Assembly: GCA_043228905.1 (NCBI GenBank)
Contig: JBHGNT010000016.1
Coordinates: 12,090,001-12,154,000, forward strand
Length of the DNA: 64,000 nucleotides
Direction of reading: 5' to 3'
DNA from: Azolla caroliniana
Lineage: Eukaryota > Plantae > Polypodiophyta
This document shows positions 63,253 through 64,000 of this stretch, piece after piece. The notes beneath the pieces were generated by a model, which saw only the letters and a program-made list of their open reading frames with translations, was not told the origin of the DNA and searched no databases. Position numbers and translations under genes: made by a program. Numbering within the stretch: the stretch's first letter is position 1; every line of letters begins with the position of its first letter.

Positions 63253-64000
63253 TTTTCTGTGTTGCTCGCTCTGATACCTGTTTGAAAGGAAAAATCGTTG
63301 CCGGCCACAACCGGTTGTATGTGTGTGGAATAATAGTCGATCTAATGAAAAGAAAAAAAACAGAATACAGAAACTGAGAATGACACAGATTTTAACGTGG
63401 AAACCCGAACTGGGAAAAACCACGTGGAGTCCACAAATCCGTACAATCAGAGATCTCAAAGGCAATGACCTCGAGATCCTGCTTCGCCAATAGGCGGCTA
63501 TGGAGCTCACACGCTTCCACTCACACTTGTTCACTCTCACAGTTACGGATGCAACAACCTCGTCAACAGTAACTTTACAACAACGCACATATCTAACATG
63601 ATTGCCCTAAGTACTTATATACCTTTCGACTATTTACAAGTTTAGCCTTCCGTGTTGGCTATCTCCACGATTTCCGGATTTGGCCTCGGCCGAGTTGCTC
63701 ATCAACATGGTTCTTCTCACTTCCCATCCGGAGGGACCTGTTTCCTAACAGTGCCAGCAGTCCGTTGCGGCCTTCCCTTGCGGGGTCCCAGCGCCGCTAT
63801 GACTCCCCTTGGTTGTGGAGTGTTCGGAACTGCTCCAACATTTTGATTATGTTGCCTGTTCTACTCTTGTCGGCTGCCTCCATTGCACGCCAACCTGCCT
63901 CGGTTGCCACAACTATAGGGTCTCTCTTCCTCGGTGTACAACATCTTCTTGTTAGTGTGCGTACTAATCGACGCACCCGCGTGGTTTTCCTCTACGAGCA

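Larger units (their letters stand above)
57448..63750 (-). mobile_element. Copia family B (Tnt1/Tork-like) element B1, chimeric with two gag-IN starts
   Basis: TSD GTACC/GTGCC (57443-57447 / 63751-63755); 5' LTR 63283-63750; PBS ~63268-63279; PPT ~57958-57968; 3' LTR 57448-57955. A second PBS at 62031-62042 follows an LTR fragment at 62045-~62182. Confidence 0.9.
52413..64000 (-). mobile_element. Copia family A element A3, decayed, 5' end beyond the window; host of a solo LTR and B1
   Basis: 3' LTR 52413-52811; PPT 52812-52824; RH 53941-54312; RT 54660-55808; IN/PR 56026-57413; gag zinc knuckle split at 57447/63751. Confidence 0.9.

Overview
Land-plant nuclear DNA; the repeat families suggest a non-seed plant such as a fern, but that is inference. 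A ~22-kb gene island holds two spliced minus-strand genes: DNA polymerase eta (POLH, 12 coding exons, 8733-19907) and a bifunctional 3-dehydroquinate dehydratase/shikimate dehydrogenase (10 exons, 22833-30479). The latter has a quinate-dehydrogenase-type S-K-G active site, and its transit-peptide-like extension is cut by an in-frame TGA. Left of the island are nested Gypsy/Copia remnants, a degenerate tandem tRNA-Val array and a LINE sitting in a (GA)n tract. Right of it (32.3-64 kb) is a nested LTR-retrotransposon stack with LTRs, PBSs, PPTs and TSDs resolved. It contains three Copia 'family A' elements with a conserved ~180-240-codon extension after RNase H and a second, hairpin-enclosed PPT. 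It also contains a tRNA-Trp-primed Gypsy element with a 4-bp TSD and a candidate -1 frameshift after the protease, plus Tnt1-like Copia 'family B' copies including a solo LTR and a chimeric two-gag element. All calls were made by eye; no searches were run.
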